Assembly (NCBI RefSeq): GCF_004010195.1 | Contig: NC_057718.1 | Location: 60,072,137 to 60,136,136 of the forward strand | Reading direction: 5' to 3' | Length of the DNA: 64,000 bases | DNA from: Chiloscyllium plagiosum | Lineage: Eukaryota | Shown here: positions 36,956 through 49,792 of the stretch, in pieces | Numbering within the stretch: the first letter of the stretch is position 1 | How the letters are laid out: the number at the start of each line of letters is the position of its first letter | The notes under the pieces: generated by a model | Told to the model about the DNA's origin: nothing | What the model saw: the letters and a program-made list of their open reading frames with translations, nothing else | Databases searched by the model: none | Program-made: the position numbers and the translations under genes

Positions 36956-37607
36956 TTCTACAGGTGGTGATCAAACAAAACAAAGTATTTGATTGATTAG
37001 AATCTTGGCAGTAGTTTTCTTAAGTTACTTTGAAACTACAGCCAGATTATCCTATTTTACCCATTTACTATTATTCAACTCAATTAATACTATATTTAAA
37101 GAAAATATAGACTTCAAGGGTCTTAATTTGGCTTTAGTTTATTTAACTTTGCAACAGACAAACAACATAACTGGATAACAACAGAACAATACTACCCTTT
37201 TATAGACAGAATGAGAGAGAAACTGAAATATTAATTCCACTCCCCTATTGTCCAGAATCAGTGGAAAGAAAGAGCTTACCCTGAATGCAGTTTATTCAGT
37301 TACATTTGAATCCTTGCATGCTGATTTCAATTTGAAAAGCCAGGAGCGAGCTTTTGTGGGTTTAAATAAAAAGGATTATTTATTCATTCATGCATCCTGT
37401 GAATCTACCAGCATATCACTCCTTCAGCATGCACCTACACTGAAGCACAGGTACAGGCAAAGTTGGTCATGCACATTTGCAAGGCACATTGTTTGTGGTC
37501 AATTTTGGTCACATGATAAAAGCTTCTTTTGTGCACTCAGTAGATTGAAGTCTGAAGTCATTGCGACACAATGAGGAATAGATACGAGTATTCACAGTTT
37601 CTTATAA

Positions 37608-37730
37608 CACAGAACAGTACAGCACAGGCACAAGCCCTTCAGCCTACCATGCCTGTGTCAACAATGATGCCATTCCAAATTAATCCTATTTACCTGCACA
37701 TAGTCTGTATCCCTCTATTGTCTGCCTGTT
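37608..37730 (-). mobile_element. CR1 3' terminal fragment
   Basis: cagaacagtacagcacaggcacaagcccttcagcc...tatccctctatt, same pattern as 15830-15950. Confidence 0.65.
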
Positions 37731-38031
37731 TTCCCACCAGCTGGTACGTATGCGTGCTTTAGAAAACTGTGCCACATGCGTGTGAAGACCTGGCCAGTAT
37801 GAGTATTTATTCATACTTATCATGAATGAATTTATCTACAGATCCTTTTGTGGAGTTTTGAAAGTCCATTGATATTGAATTGTGGATAAATCCATGAACG
37901 AATAAAGGCACAGTTATGTAACGGAGCCAGACAGCTGAACCAAATCAGCCTTTCTACTTCTGTATTTCCAAACAGTAAAATGAAAACCTTGAAATACCCT
38001 CAGAATTAATCCCAATGATTCCTAACCAGAA

Positions 38032-38270
38032 ATCTGAATAACCAAAACAGAAATCGTTGATGAAACTTAGCAGGTCTAGCAACATCTCTGCAAAGAAAGA
38101 AGGGTCAACGTTTTGAATCCAGTAACCCTTCTTCAGATAGGCATCTGAAGAATTCATTTGACTTGAAGTGTTAACTCTGATTTCTCAGATGATGCTAGAT
38201 TGCTAAGTTTCTCTAGTAATTTTTGATTTTGTTTCAGATCTTCAGCATCCAGAGTTCCTTGCTTTATTTT
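38032..38270. mobile_element. Fold-back pair of PLE terminal repeats (family B), decayed hammerhead cores
   Basis: Minus CTGAAGAAGGGTTACTGGATTCAAAACGTTGAC back to back with plus CTGAAGAATTCATTTGACTTGAAGTGTTAAC; outer arms are roughly complementary. Confidence 0.7.
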
Positions 38271-39989
38271 TCAATAACTCAGTTCGCAATTTCTTAACAA
38301 GGCAATAATTTTAGTAAAACAACATTGAACAACAATGCAATGTAATTGGTCTATGCCATGAACCCAAAATCTTTATTTTCAGCCCCATTCAGACAAGAGA
38401 CAAATAGACAAAAAAAGCACAGTTAATGGAAAAATAAAAGAAAATAACAATATTAGCTAGATTACTTAAGTGGTTTTCAAAATGCATTGTTCCACAGGCA
38501 TAGATAATGTTTCCCTTGATTGATTTTTCTGAAGATGGTGATCAGTGTCATCTTTGCAGTTCATTCAAATAAAGGCTGTAATATTTGTAACTTAGTTTTC
38601 TATTCTCTGAACTTCCAAGAGCTACTAAGAAAGAGTAGGGAGTAAGCTTTCAAATCTTCATGTGTAGGATCAACTTTTTCCCCAAAAATACAGTTCCAAA
38701 CCCAACTCAATCTCTGGCCAGGTTGATCATCTCCTCCACAAGGTCCCAGTTACCATTCAACCTCTGACATCTGCTTGAGTATTAGGTGTTTTTCAGATAT
38801 GCTGGAACAAATCCAATGGTACTGACCTCCTTAGTAACCAACTCTTGCTTTCTATGTAAACATAATTCTCTTTCCTGGTGATGCAGCATCTGCAGAACCA
38901 TTTTATATCAGAAACCAGCCTGCAATTAACTTCTAGGCCTGTTTTCCTTTTAAAACAAGCTGTTACCCACAGAACAAAAGTCATCTTTAGCTCACAGTTC
39001 CCAGTTCACAGCTCCAAACCAAAACTGCTGACAGATCAAAAATACCACAAGGGCTCTAACAATGTGAATTCCATCAATGAGTTTCATCTTGATATGTCTA
39101 TTCAGGGGATCACACCACCCATCGCCATTCATATCAGAACTTTCCAAAAACTTGAGGTAGTCTGCACAGGAATTGTAAGAATCGCGTGATTCTAAGAATT
39201 CAGCAGCCCTTCAGTATCCATGTGAAAAGAAAGTTAGTTGTGGCAGATTTCAAACTAGTTATCATTTCTATTTTAAATTTCTATACAGGGCAGGTTTTAG
39301 TGGGCATGATCTGCTTCATTGAAAACACCACATGCCTCTGTATTTTCCTGCACTACATTATCCAATCCAGTAGTTAGAACCAGTAATGAAGCTGTGGACA
39401 ATGTGATTGAATGCACTGTGAATGTAGTTTACTCAGTTACATTTGAACCCAAGTATAATGACCTGAATTATCTTTTATTTTCGTTCTGTAAATCTGTGTC
39501 AGTTCTGGGAGCTTTGTCTACTTCTTCTAAAGTGTAGAATTAAAATAATAGCGTTTGTTTCTATCTAATCACATTAGTTGTTGGAGTGAATTTGGAAGAC
39601 CCACTGCAGGAGACATCCCACGGTCTGCAGTACTCACTTTACCGACATTTCAAACCTTAAAAAAAAGGTGTGCAGCAGGAATGGCACTATAAGGATTGCT
39701 GATCACCATGTTGACATCCTCTTCTTGTCTGTAGACACACAGGAAATCAAAAACACTTCCAGGACCACACTTTTGCTGCTGAGATAGCAGAGAGAAAATA
39801 AAAGCTTGATACTAAGATGTTTTATAATCAGTGAGAGGAGTCTGTGTGGAGCTAAACCCAGCATAGCAGGAGAAAGAACATCCATTGTCTACATTCTAAG
39901 CCAAAGATGCTTTGCTAGCTCATTCAGATTAAAGATTTATAAATTTGAAGTGTTTATATTATTTTAAAAGTTCAAAGATTGAGGCTTGT

Positions 39990-40160
39990 GACACTGTTTT
40001 GAGGGTCAAAATCCGGGAATTCCCTTCCGAACAGGATTATGTGCATGTTCCTCTACTGCATGGAATGCAATGATTCAAGAAAGTGGCTCAAGGGAAATTA
40101 GGAATAGGCAACAAATTCCAGCTTTACCGTGAAGTCTATGTCTTGTGAAAGATTAAAATA
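39990..40160 (+). mobile_element. Family Z LINE 3' fragment
   Basis: gggtcaaaatccgggaattcccttcc...ttcaagaaagtggctcaagggaaattagg. Confidence 0.6.
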
Positions 40161-40724
40161 ACACAATCATTGGTGGGGCAGGTCTGCAGCAGTGGGTTAA
40201 ATCACCTGGATCATCTGAACTTCATTATATATTCCAGTGTGCACATGAATATATAATAATTTGTAAACATAGGACCCAAACAGAAATGTACATGCCTGCA
40301 TAGGACTGAACATTCTCTTTATTGTGGACTGAAAAAGATGAATTGACAGGCTTTTGCAAAGAAAGAATCCACAGATATTTTAAAATGACAAATTAAAGCC
40401 AATTGCAAAAGTCGTGCCCCTCTTTCCAGCAGATCTATTTTTTGACATTGGTGTAAAAGGTCTGGAGCAGGATTTATACAGTAAGGACACTTAAAGTTAG
40501 CAGGACCTTTGAAATCCTTGACTGTTCAAACATCCTTAACTTGCAGTGTGATAGTCATGACTTAGTTGAGCTAATATAATGCTTGAAGGACAGATAAGGT
40601 CTGTAGAACTGTCATGATCTGAAGTTTTTTAATGCCCAGCTCTTTAAACAGTAAAAAGACTGCACCTGTCAGTGAGATAATTAAAAGTTCTTTTCTCATC
40701 TCATCCTGATCCAAAGATTTGTTC

Positions 40725-41292
40725 ATAGTGGATAGACCTTTCCTTCCAACTAGTCCATAATCCAAAACTAAACTAGTCCCACCTGCCTGTACTTGACCCA
40801 TATCTCTCCAGACATTACTTATGTACTTATCTAAAAGTCTTTTAAATGTTGTAACTGTACCCTCATCTACCTCTTCCTCTAGAAATTCATTCCTCACACA
40901 AACCACAATCTGTGTAAAAAAATGCCCCCATGTCGATTTTAAATCTTTCTCCTCTCACTTTAGAAATATGATCCCTAGTCTTGAAATCCCCCACCTAGGG
41001 AAAAGGCACCTGCCCTTCACCTTTTCTATACATATCATGATTTTCTCAACCTCAATGAGATCATCCATCAATTCCTATGCTCCAATGGAAAATGTCCTAG
41101 CCTTTCCAGCCTCTCCTTATAACTACAATCCTCCAATCTCTGCAACATCCTGGTAAACCTTTTCTGAACCCTCTCTAGCTTAATATTCTTCCTATAACAA
41201 GACGACTGTAGCTGTACACAATATTCAGAAGAGACCTCACCAACGTCCTATACAACCTCAGCATGACATCCCAATTCCTATACTCAAAGGTC
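40725..41292 (-). mobile_element. CR1 3' region
   Basis: FEYRNWDVMLRLYRTLVRSLL; RNEFLEEEVDEGTVTTFKRLLDKY. Confidence 0.85.
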
Positions 41293-41919
41293 TTGGTGAC
41301 TATGGAGCTATTGAGGTGGTACGAAGGACATGAGGGGTTCTCAGAGTGGATAGAGGGCATAGGTTGGCTGTGAGGTGGGACGGAGATTACAAGGGCACAT
41401 TCATGTATTTGTGGGAGAGTGAGAGATGTAAGGGGTAAAGGGGTTAACAAATTGTAAAACAGCTGGAATGAAATCCTAGTGAACTGAAGTAGACCTTCTA
41501 ACCAGCCCAGCTTGGGCACATAGCTGTCCCCATGAAAACCTAAACTTTGCTCCCAGGATAGGGAGGCCTGATTCCTTCATGTACCTGTCCCCAGAGTAAA
41601 CAATATTCATACTGGGATACTTTTTAACAAGGCACGTCCAGCATTTTAGGACATTTTCTAAAGTGATGTCACTGCATTGCCAGTCATAGTTCAAACTGAA
41701 TGTCCTACTTGGATTTTTCGATGCAGTGCTCATTGGCATAGGTTGGGAAAGAATCAAAAATTGGACTAGCAGCTACAATATTCAGCCCATGTGGCATTTT
41801 ACAAATTCCTTCTTTGGAAATGGAACGAGTCTGCTTGAAGTTTGGGATATAGACCGACTTTAACCTCACACATTTAATGCATTGTCTGAGATGAGATGTC
41901 ACCTTTCTTTAAAACCTTA

Positions 41920-42227
41920 ATTTATCTCAGGAATGTGACTTGAGTGAAGTTCTGGGATTTGCATGTTAATCAATCAAAACCTGCATCCCCATTCTAAGTG
42001 TTCAAAGGCTTAACAGCAATCTAGGTTGGTTCAATACATCCCATCAGTTGTACGACACTTTGATCTTTTACTATAAATTTTGTGTCCTATGATCCTGCCC
42101 CACCAGCCACCTGATGAATAAGCAGCACTGCAAAAGCTTGTACTTCCAAAATAAACCCGTTGAAATATAACCTGGTGTTGCGTGATTTTTAACGTTGTCT
42201 ACCCCAATCCACCGGTACCTTCACATC
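41920..42227 (+). mobile_element. Single PLE family A terminal repeat, hammerhead core mutated
   Basis: Homologous to the reverse complement of 8907-9117; core reads cacCTGATGAataagcagcactgcAAAAGCTTgt. Confidence 0.8.
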
Positions 42228-43689
42228 AAAACTACAATAATGGCATTATCTGTTGTTTCTAAACTGGAATTAAAACCGGTAATAGAATTGTTTCCATTTC
42301 AAGCTTAGCAAGACCAATAGTATTGGTTTCACTGGTGTTGTGTTTCACTTATTTCTATGTAAACTCTAGTTGGCATTTATCCTAACTTAGAATGGAAGCC
42401 AAAATAGTGAAAGTTCAGCATGTATTTTATAATTTGCACAATTGACAGCAGTTTTTAGTGTCTTCATCTGTGTTTGTTAACGGATACAAAGATGGCTGAA
42501 ACAAACGCTTACTGTACAGACCTCTGATAGGCTGTTGTATCTATCAATTCAGGAATCTCCAGAGCAATATATAAGTTGATTTCAATGCATGGTACATATA
42601 ATGTTTGTGATTATTAGGGAGATAATTATTGAATTATGGTTTGTTGTGGTTGGAAAGCAAATCTGCCATTCATAACACATCCTGTGGTTCTTAGAGTGAC
42701 TTTATTCTTAAATGTTTATGATTCACAGTACTGTATTTTCAAGGCTGTCATGAAGAATTCTATAAGGTTAGAATTGTTACACTGATATGTTCAAAACATA
42801 ACAAATACTCTGCTACTTCTTGAAGATTGTGAACTTGAAGATTTAGCTGAAAATGACAAGAAATTACAACCAAAAAGTCACCATTATCAATAAGTCATTG
42901 GCACAATTTTGAGTGTGGACACTGTCACAGTTGGGCCAGCACTAGGGTAATGATGATTGACCATTATACTTGTGTTGTGTGGTACAGAAGCTGTCTTGCA
43001 ACTAATCAGAAAAGTATAATTCTTCACTGGATTAAATGGCAGTTCAGCATTACCAAACAACTAAAGGCAAGATGTTTGTCTGAGGCCCTTGTTTTCTTCT
43101 GTTCGTTTGTAAGTGGCTCGTTATTTTCTTGTTGGTGAAGGACAACATGTGCCTATCCTTTTGTTGAGAAATGTTAAAGTGTTAAAGTTACAATGACCTT
43201 CTGTGTCATGTTGTCCTTACAGGCTTTTTCTGCTGCTTGTGAAATGCTCAGCATGAGCACATGCTTTGTGGTTTGGCTTAAACTAGTTTTTAGATATAGA
43301 TTTTTAAAGAAAGGTATTTGCACTGGTAAACTGAAATAAAAAAAAATGGCTGCCCATTGGCAACTGAACGACTGTAGAGGGATGTTATATAGAAATGACC
43401 CTTCATCAGAATACAGAGTTCTTAGGACTAGTTAGTCTTAGGTGTTGGTCAAACTGTGTTGCAAATTTCAGAATGTTTTAATTTTATCTAAGTTATAAAA
43501 CAGGTTAAAGGAAATCCTTTTAAAGGCTCCAGAAGATATATTGCATTGTGTTCTTTAATTGACCTTTTTTAACATTTTAAATCATCCTTTGCACTTTATT
43601 CTGTAATATTTTAGTTGGATTTATTTATTCATGCTGTGTACATGTAATTTAGGCAGAAGCAAACTCTAATTATAGATTCACAGACTAAT

Positions 43690-44215
43690 ATAACATGATA
43701 GGAATCCATTCTGCCCATTATGCATGTGCTAACCCTTTGGGAGAGCTACCCAAGTCTATCAAATTTCCACTCTTCTGTCCTTTTCTCAGGGTCCTGTTTT
43801 TATTTCTTCTTCAATTATTCATTCAATCCCCCCTTGAAGGGTAGAATTGAATCAGAATGGAACAATTAAAGAAACTGACACCTTTTTAGGTCATATATTC
43901 AGCTCATGATGTTAAAACTTTTTTCCTCATGAGGCCTCTAAATTTACAGCCAATCACATTAGATATGTATCTTCTGGCTATTGAGGACTTTGTCACCATT
44001 GGAATAAAAAGTGACTCTTTATTTACTCTATCAAAACCATTCATGATTTAGAGCATATCCCCTCTTATCCTTCCCTGGTCTAAGGGATCAATTCAGCTTC
44101 TCCAGACTATCCACACAACTGGTCTTTCTTGAAAGGTACTATTCCAGTGCATGAATTGTATACCTCTGATTAGGCTATTAAAATATTCCTAAAGTGTAGT
44201 GTCCAGAAATTAACA
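43690..44215 (-). mobile_element. Highly decayed CR1 3' region
   Basis: tttactctatcaaaaccattcatgattt; tatcccctcttatcctt; cctaaagtgtagtgtccagaa. Confidence 0.55.
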
Positions 44216-44479
44216 AACTCCCCTTCACCTTCAAACAGTTTATTTATAACTCTTCCTTTCCATTCCTTAAGTTATCTTTCTCCTTTTCTGGGGATAAGCT
44301 TTCTACACTTATTCACTTATTTTCATAGTGACCTTGACTATATTTGCTCACATCCCAGCTCTTGTAATAAATCCATTCCATTCTCCATTTCTCTCTATTT
44401 TCTCTGTACTGACAATGAAACATTCCACACCAGCACTTCAGATATGTGTTCCAAATTTCTCACCAAGGACCATCAGCCT

Positions 44480-45530
44480 CCCCAATTCCACTGTGGTTAA
44501 CAGGGTCTGGCAAACCATTTCCTGTAGTCTGTCTCTCATCCCTTCACCCCACCACCTAGAACTACAGTCAGAATCTCCTTGACCTCACCTTTCACTCCAC
44601 CTGTCTCCACATTCAACAGATCAACCTTTATTTTTTGCATTACTGCAATATGATCCTACAACCAAACACATCTGGGGTGGCCTGGTGGCTCAGTGGTTAG
44701 CACTGCTGCCTCACAGTGCCAGGAGCCCTGGTTCAATTCCAGCCTTGGGTGACTGCGTGTTTGGAATTTGCATGTTATCCCTGTGTCTGTGTGCGTTTCT
44801 TCCGGATGGTCTGGCTTCCTCCCACAATCCAAAGATGTGCAGGTTAGGTGAATTGGCCATGTTAATTTGCCCATAGTGTTCAGGGATGTGTAGGTTAGGT
44901 ACATTCGTAAGAGGTAAATATAGAGTAATAGTGTCTGGCTCTTCAGAGGATCGGTGTGGACATGTTGGACCGAATGGTCTGTTTCCACACTGTATGGATT
45001 CTATGAACATCTTCCTCTCTCGTCAGCTTTCTGAAGGGAAGCTTCAAAACATCCTGGCTCAGTCTTTACTCTTCCATTTCCACAGAACCTTTCCATATAA
45101 CATCTGCCCTTTAGCTTTCTTGATTTTTACTGTCCAAAGCCTAACCAGGTGAAACAGCAACTGACTTATATTTTGTTCAATCAGCATATGATGCTCACCA
45201 CTAAGAAGGTGATCTCCTCTGTATTGGCACTCAGCTCCATTCAGTATAGTTCCTTTCAGTCCACAATTTTGGCACTTGCTTCCAACTGTGTGTCAATTTA
45301 ATTCTTTTCTCTAACCTCACACTAACCTTTCTAATTCAGCCTCCTGCAATGTTTCATTGATGCTCCATGCAAACTTGAGGAACAGAATCTCATCTTTCAC
45401 TGAGGCACTATGAAGCATTGGCAGATCAACTTCCAGATCATAACCCCTGCTTTTCCTTTGAGCAGCAATGTTTCTGGTGGTTCCTCCATTCACTTTCACA
45501 CCTCCTTGGAACATGTGTTTTGCTTCTTTA
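44480..45530 (+). mobile_element. Decayed PLE 3' region, split by an HE1 SINE
   Basis: LTFHSTCLHIQQI block homologous to 10500-10600; aaacttgaggaacagaatctcatctttc homologous to 11035-11070; acatct flanks the SINE. Confidence 0.65.
44674..45005 (+). mobile_element. HE1-type V-SINE
   Basis: Head, ggttcaattcc, V-domain, tail gattctatga. Confidence 0.9.
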
Positions 45531-45533
45531 CTT

Positions 45534-45620
45534 AGAATCATAGAATCCCTCCTGTGTGAAAACAGGCTATTCAGTCCACCAACTCCATACCAACTCTCTG
45601 AAGAGCATCCTATCCCATAC
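45534..45620 (-). mobile_element. HE1 SINE 3' fragment
   Basis: agaatcatagaatccct...gtgaaaacaggc...ctctgaagagcatcc. Confidence 0.65.
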
Positions 45621-45824
45621 CACTCCCTCTGCCCTAAGTGGAGCATCTGGTCAACAGCCAGTACCTTGTAAAATAGCTTCTTATGTGACCTAAAGAACTT
45701 CAGGATGGCTTGTGATATCATATCCTACCAGCTGCTCTCAGAACTGATTAATTAGGAAATAACTGTAATATTACTGAATCTCAGTGATGGAGCCAGTAAG
45801 TGGCAACATACAGGTTTACAGACA

Positions 45825-45895
45825 ACAGGTCTAGAAGCACCTGCAGAGAGAAAATAGAGTGAACATTTTGAGTTCAGTAACCCTTCTTCAGAACC
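45825..45895 (-). mobile_element. PLE family B terminal repeat fragment
   Basis: Minus ttCTGAAGAAGGGTTACTGAACTCAAAATGTTCACTCT, decayed hammerhead core. Confidence 0.6.
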
Positions 45896-45924
45896 GTTCG
45901 ATAGAACCCACAGATCTTCGTTTT

Positions 45925-46085
45925 ATTAAGGTTTACCACCATGGTGCCTTTCAGAGGGACATGTAATCTCTCTGAATCCCATGGATTTCAGATTGTCCTG
46001 CAGCATAGTGTACAGGTCAATGATGGAGGGTTCCCAAATCATCACTGGCATTGACACTCATATATTTGAAGGTATTTCATGTGAG
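45925..46085 (-). pseudogene. PIF/Harbinger transposase N-terminal fragment
   Basis: MKYLQIYECQCQ** then, after frameshifts, IDLYTMLQDNLKSMGF and LKGTMVVNL; matches YLQMSE.QC.RRL...DLC..L...L.P...LKVT.ALN. Confidence 0.6.
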
Positions 46086-47199
46086 AGAAGTAAATTCTGG
46101 GATAAGGCATTGATCTTTCTCTAACTCATTTCCTTTTCTTTATCCTGCTACAGGTTGATCCTGTTGCTGAAGTCCTTCCAGCATGTTTGCCTCTAGTATC
46201 AGCTCCACTCTCCATTTGCATTGCTCCTCTCTTGCTTATAGCTCCAGGAATTCTAAGTGAGTGTGATCCATGTCTTACCTCAATGCCCCTTCAATAGTCA
46301 ATGCTCTGAGTGTCCTCCACTGTGTTCATGGCCTATGAATAGGCTTGGCTTCTGTGTATGATGCACATTTTCTAACATTAAAATCTCAACATCCTCCCAA
46401 TGCCCCTCTAACCCCTTAAAATATCTTCAAACCTTTCTGCAGTTTGCTTGAACCCTGTCAATGCTCCACAATGCTTTGTAATTTCCTCTCTACTGCTAGA
46501 TAATATTCACAGAATTATGGAAGCAACTCCAAATGGCTCCCCTTCTCCTCATTAGACTGTCCTGCTCTCCACCAGATTTAAATAGGCAAAAATCTAATAT
46601 CTCGTGATTCGTGGTGTACCACATGTTGAATTTGTATGATAACATTTAGGTTCGAAGAGTTATACGTAAATGTATGATAACAAGATGCTAAGCAACCTCA
46701 ATTATTTTCCTGCCACAATTGTGCAACATCACCGCCATGCTTCCTCCATATTAATGGGTTAATTTGAACCATTGATCCTGATGACAGTATTGGACATAGG
46801 ACCTCTCATGTGACCAACATTCCCCACCCCCTCAACTCCTCATTCCCTGCTCCCTCAGGTGGCACCAAATTCTAGCCAACTACCTAAGCACAAAAGATAT
46901 CCATTCTGTCATTGTCTAAGTGACACATCTTCGATGCTAAAAAAATCAACCTGCTCAGACATGTTATGACATATTTGCAGATTTGATGAGACTCAAACTA
47001 GACTTGCTAGACTTGAGGTAGTATTAGGGAACACACGTATTACATTTTTGGATCATTAATTGAAAAGAAATTGATGCAGAGAGAGGAAGAGATTGGAGTG
47101 CAGTGGTAGTGTCCTTACTTTTAAGTCAGAATGTCTGAGTCACAGTCACACTAACACTGAAGATAATTTACTTCATGACCCGACAGGGTTGAAAAAAAT

Positions 47200-47297
47200 T
47201 ATAAAACCAGAAAATGTGGTGAAACTCAGCTGGTCTGACAGCATCTGTGGGAAGGAAGCAGAGTTGATGTTTAGGGTCTGGTGACGCTTCATCAGAT
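47200..47297 (-). mobile_element. PLE family B terminal repeat fragment
   Basis: Minus tCTGATGAAGCGTCACCAGACCCTAAACATCAACTCTG...cagatgctgtcagaccagctgagttt. Confidence 0.6.
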
Positions 47298-47319
47298 TAA
47301 ATGATAAATCAGTATTTGA

Positions 47320-48345
47320 TGGAGGTATGACAATGGATGTTGTTTACATGGATGCAAAGAATATTTTGGGGAGAAAAGTACCACTTAAAAGACTGATTAA
47401 CAAAATTGAGGCTCGCATAATTGACTTGAGGACAAAAATCAGTGAGTCATTGTAAATTGTTATTTTTCTGGACTGATGGAGTGATAAAGGTCAGTGATAA
47501 GACTATGTCTTTTTAGATGTATATGAGTAAATGAGTGGCTGGGAAGTTTTAAATGCAGAGAAGAACTGCAATACATTTTTGTAATCTCAAACTTGAAAAT
47601 GTCAGAGCCCATGAGAATGGCACCAAACAGTTGGAATGGGACATAGGTAAGCTAGCAGAATGTGCAAACAAGTGGCAGTTGCAAATTAAAACAATGAACT
47701 GTGAGCTGGTGCATTCTTTAGATTGTACATGTTTAACACAATATAAACTAAATGGCATAGTACTAAAAGATGTACTGGGACAGAAGGGCCTGGTGATTCA
47801 TGAGCATAGATCTTTGAAAGAGGCATGTCATTGTGAAGGAGTGATTAGGAAGGCCTATGGGACTGTGCTTCATAAAAGGAAGTGTTAAGTACAAAAGTAT
47901 CCAAGTACCAGAATGGTTCCTGGGATGAGGGATTTTAACAACAATGCTAGCTTGAAGAAGTTAAAGATTTTCTCCTCGGAGCAAAGGAGACTGAATGAAA
48001 ATATTACAAACCTGTTATGAAAGGTTTGAAAAAGTGCATACAGAAAAGCTGCTCTCATAAGTTAATGATGCAGATTTAATGTTTTGAGCAAAATATGCAG
48101 GAGAGCAGATGTCTTAGACAACTTTTTTATGCAGTGAATATTAATGACCTGGAACTCATTTCTTGCAGAAGGGGTGCAAGAAGAGACAATGACTGATTTC
48201 AAAAGAAAATTGGATGAATACTTGAGGAAAATAAACTTAGAGGGCTATGGGATTAGACCAGAGGAATAGGATAGATGGGTTTACTTTACAGAGAGCTAGT
48301 TTTAATAGCTGAATGGCCTCTTTTTAAGCCATTATGACATTATAA
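47320..48345 (+). mobile_element. Highly decayed CR1 RT and 3' end
   Basis: MDVVYMD block; DIGKLAECANKWQLQ; LVIHEHRSLK; tttcaaaagaaaattggat. Confidence 0.7.
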
Positions 48346-48389
48346 GTCTGGCCGAGTGAGTTAATAAAGGAGAATAACATGGCAGCAGC

Positions 48390-48645
48390 AGTTGATCAGG
48401 TAATCCTGATCAGGTAATCTTGAACTTTGTGACAAAGAAGTCCATGAGTTTCTTGTATTTGCTGTTGGCAGTGAAGTGGACAAGGCTGATGAGAGAAGTT
48501 GAAGAAAATAGTTTGCAGGATTCAAAGGAAACTGGGAGTTATTGTTGCATTCCAGGATGATCTTAGAATAGTGAACAGTTTTAGCAAGCAAGAGTAGGAC
48601 CTGGTCATGCCTTATGGCAGATCTGGCAACAGATGAATGAATGAT
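48390..48645 (-). mobile_element. L2 ORF2 fragment
   Basis: AKTVHYSKIILECNNNSQ resembles the L2 pattern AK..YY...I.....NPR.LF. Confidence 0.5.
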
Positions 48646-49792
48646 GATCTATTGTCACTTGCACTCTACAATGAACAAAACAGTAAAATATAATGAAAAG
48701 CTACAACTGTTGATGCCATTTGAATACTTTAAGAATAAAAAGATAAAGCTGAAAGAGTCCATCTTCATTCCACTGCCTCCACCCTGAGTCCTGAACCTTG
48801 AGCTAGCTGTCCACTGTCACCTCTCCACTGTCTGCAAGTAACCCACAAGGCCAATCTTCGGTGCCATCTCTTCAGCACTGGGACCACCTCACCAATGGAC
48901 AGCTGATGGCAGGTCCTGTGCTGAACGCATGCTCATTCTGCAACTAGAAGCCTGCAGTTCCTCTGCTGTTATTGCCTTGCCGATAACCAGGAGACCCTGA
49001 CTCTGGGCCGACTACAACCAGGAGCTGCTGCCACCACCATGCTGATACGACCTTTCAAGTCTGCATCCATCCTACTTACGGAAAGAGAGATGAAGCCTTT
49101 ATCTAGAGAATGGTCAGAGTGAGAAAGTGAAGTGGTTTTACTGGGGAGTAAGCCACTAAAACTGTGGGTACAGCCGAGTAAATGAGTAACAATAAAACTC
49201 CCCTGTTCTTCTGCAGAACAGTGTGATGGGGTAAATCACATCCACCTCAAAATGTAGCTGTATTTCTGCTTCACATCTCATCCTAAAATTAGTTCTGCCA
49301 GTCGTGTCTCAGTCCAACATTATCTAGAATTCTTGATCTTGTTGTACTGCAGATGAAAGTAAGAGAAAATTACATTTGATTTAATAACCACTTTATTATA
49401 GCTAGCTTGCCCATGATGTTTGCAAGAGAAAGCAAGATCATGTGATATTTATGCACTACTTGTGAAAATATATAATGTCTTATTAGGAAATCCCATAATT
49501 AAACTTTAACCCCTTATACTAACACAGGAGAATCTGCTGTTTTTGATCAGGCAAACACATGGCAAGGTTTGAACGTAATGGTGCTTCATATTTGTAAGTC
49601 TTATATCAAGTAAACTTACAACAATTTAACAGGCATTGGTTCCATTCATGAATTTTAAGTGTTATTAGCTGCTGTACCTAGTGTACATCTAGGTATGCAG
49701 GTCCACTGATCCCTGAAAGTGATAATGCAAGTGGTTAAGGAGGTCAAGAAGGCATATGGCATGCTTGCCTTTATTCGTAGGGGTTTTGAGTA

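Noticed and set aside
37248..37574. 108-aa ORF as a Helitron helicase or, antisense, a hAT dimerisation domain
   Set aside because: Only 3-4 residue coincidences (KSQ, ALSR) with wrong spacing.
37917..39114. Long solo LTR
   Set aside because: TG...CA ends can be chosen but no TSD supports them.
48393..48419. TGATCAGGTAATC tandem duplication
   Set aside because: Simple slippage duplication inside an L2 relic.
48760..49250. GC-richer segment resembling a DIRS/Ngaro 5' region
   Set aside because: No RT, RNase H or recombinase motif and no repeat partner in the window.
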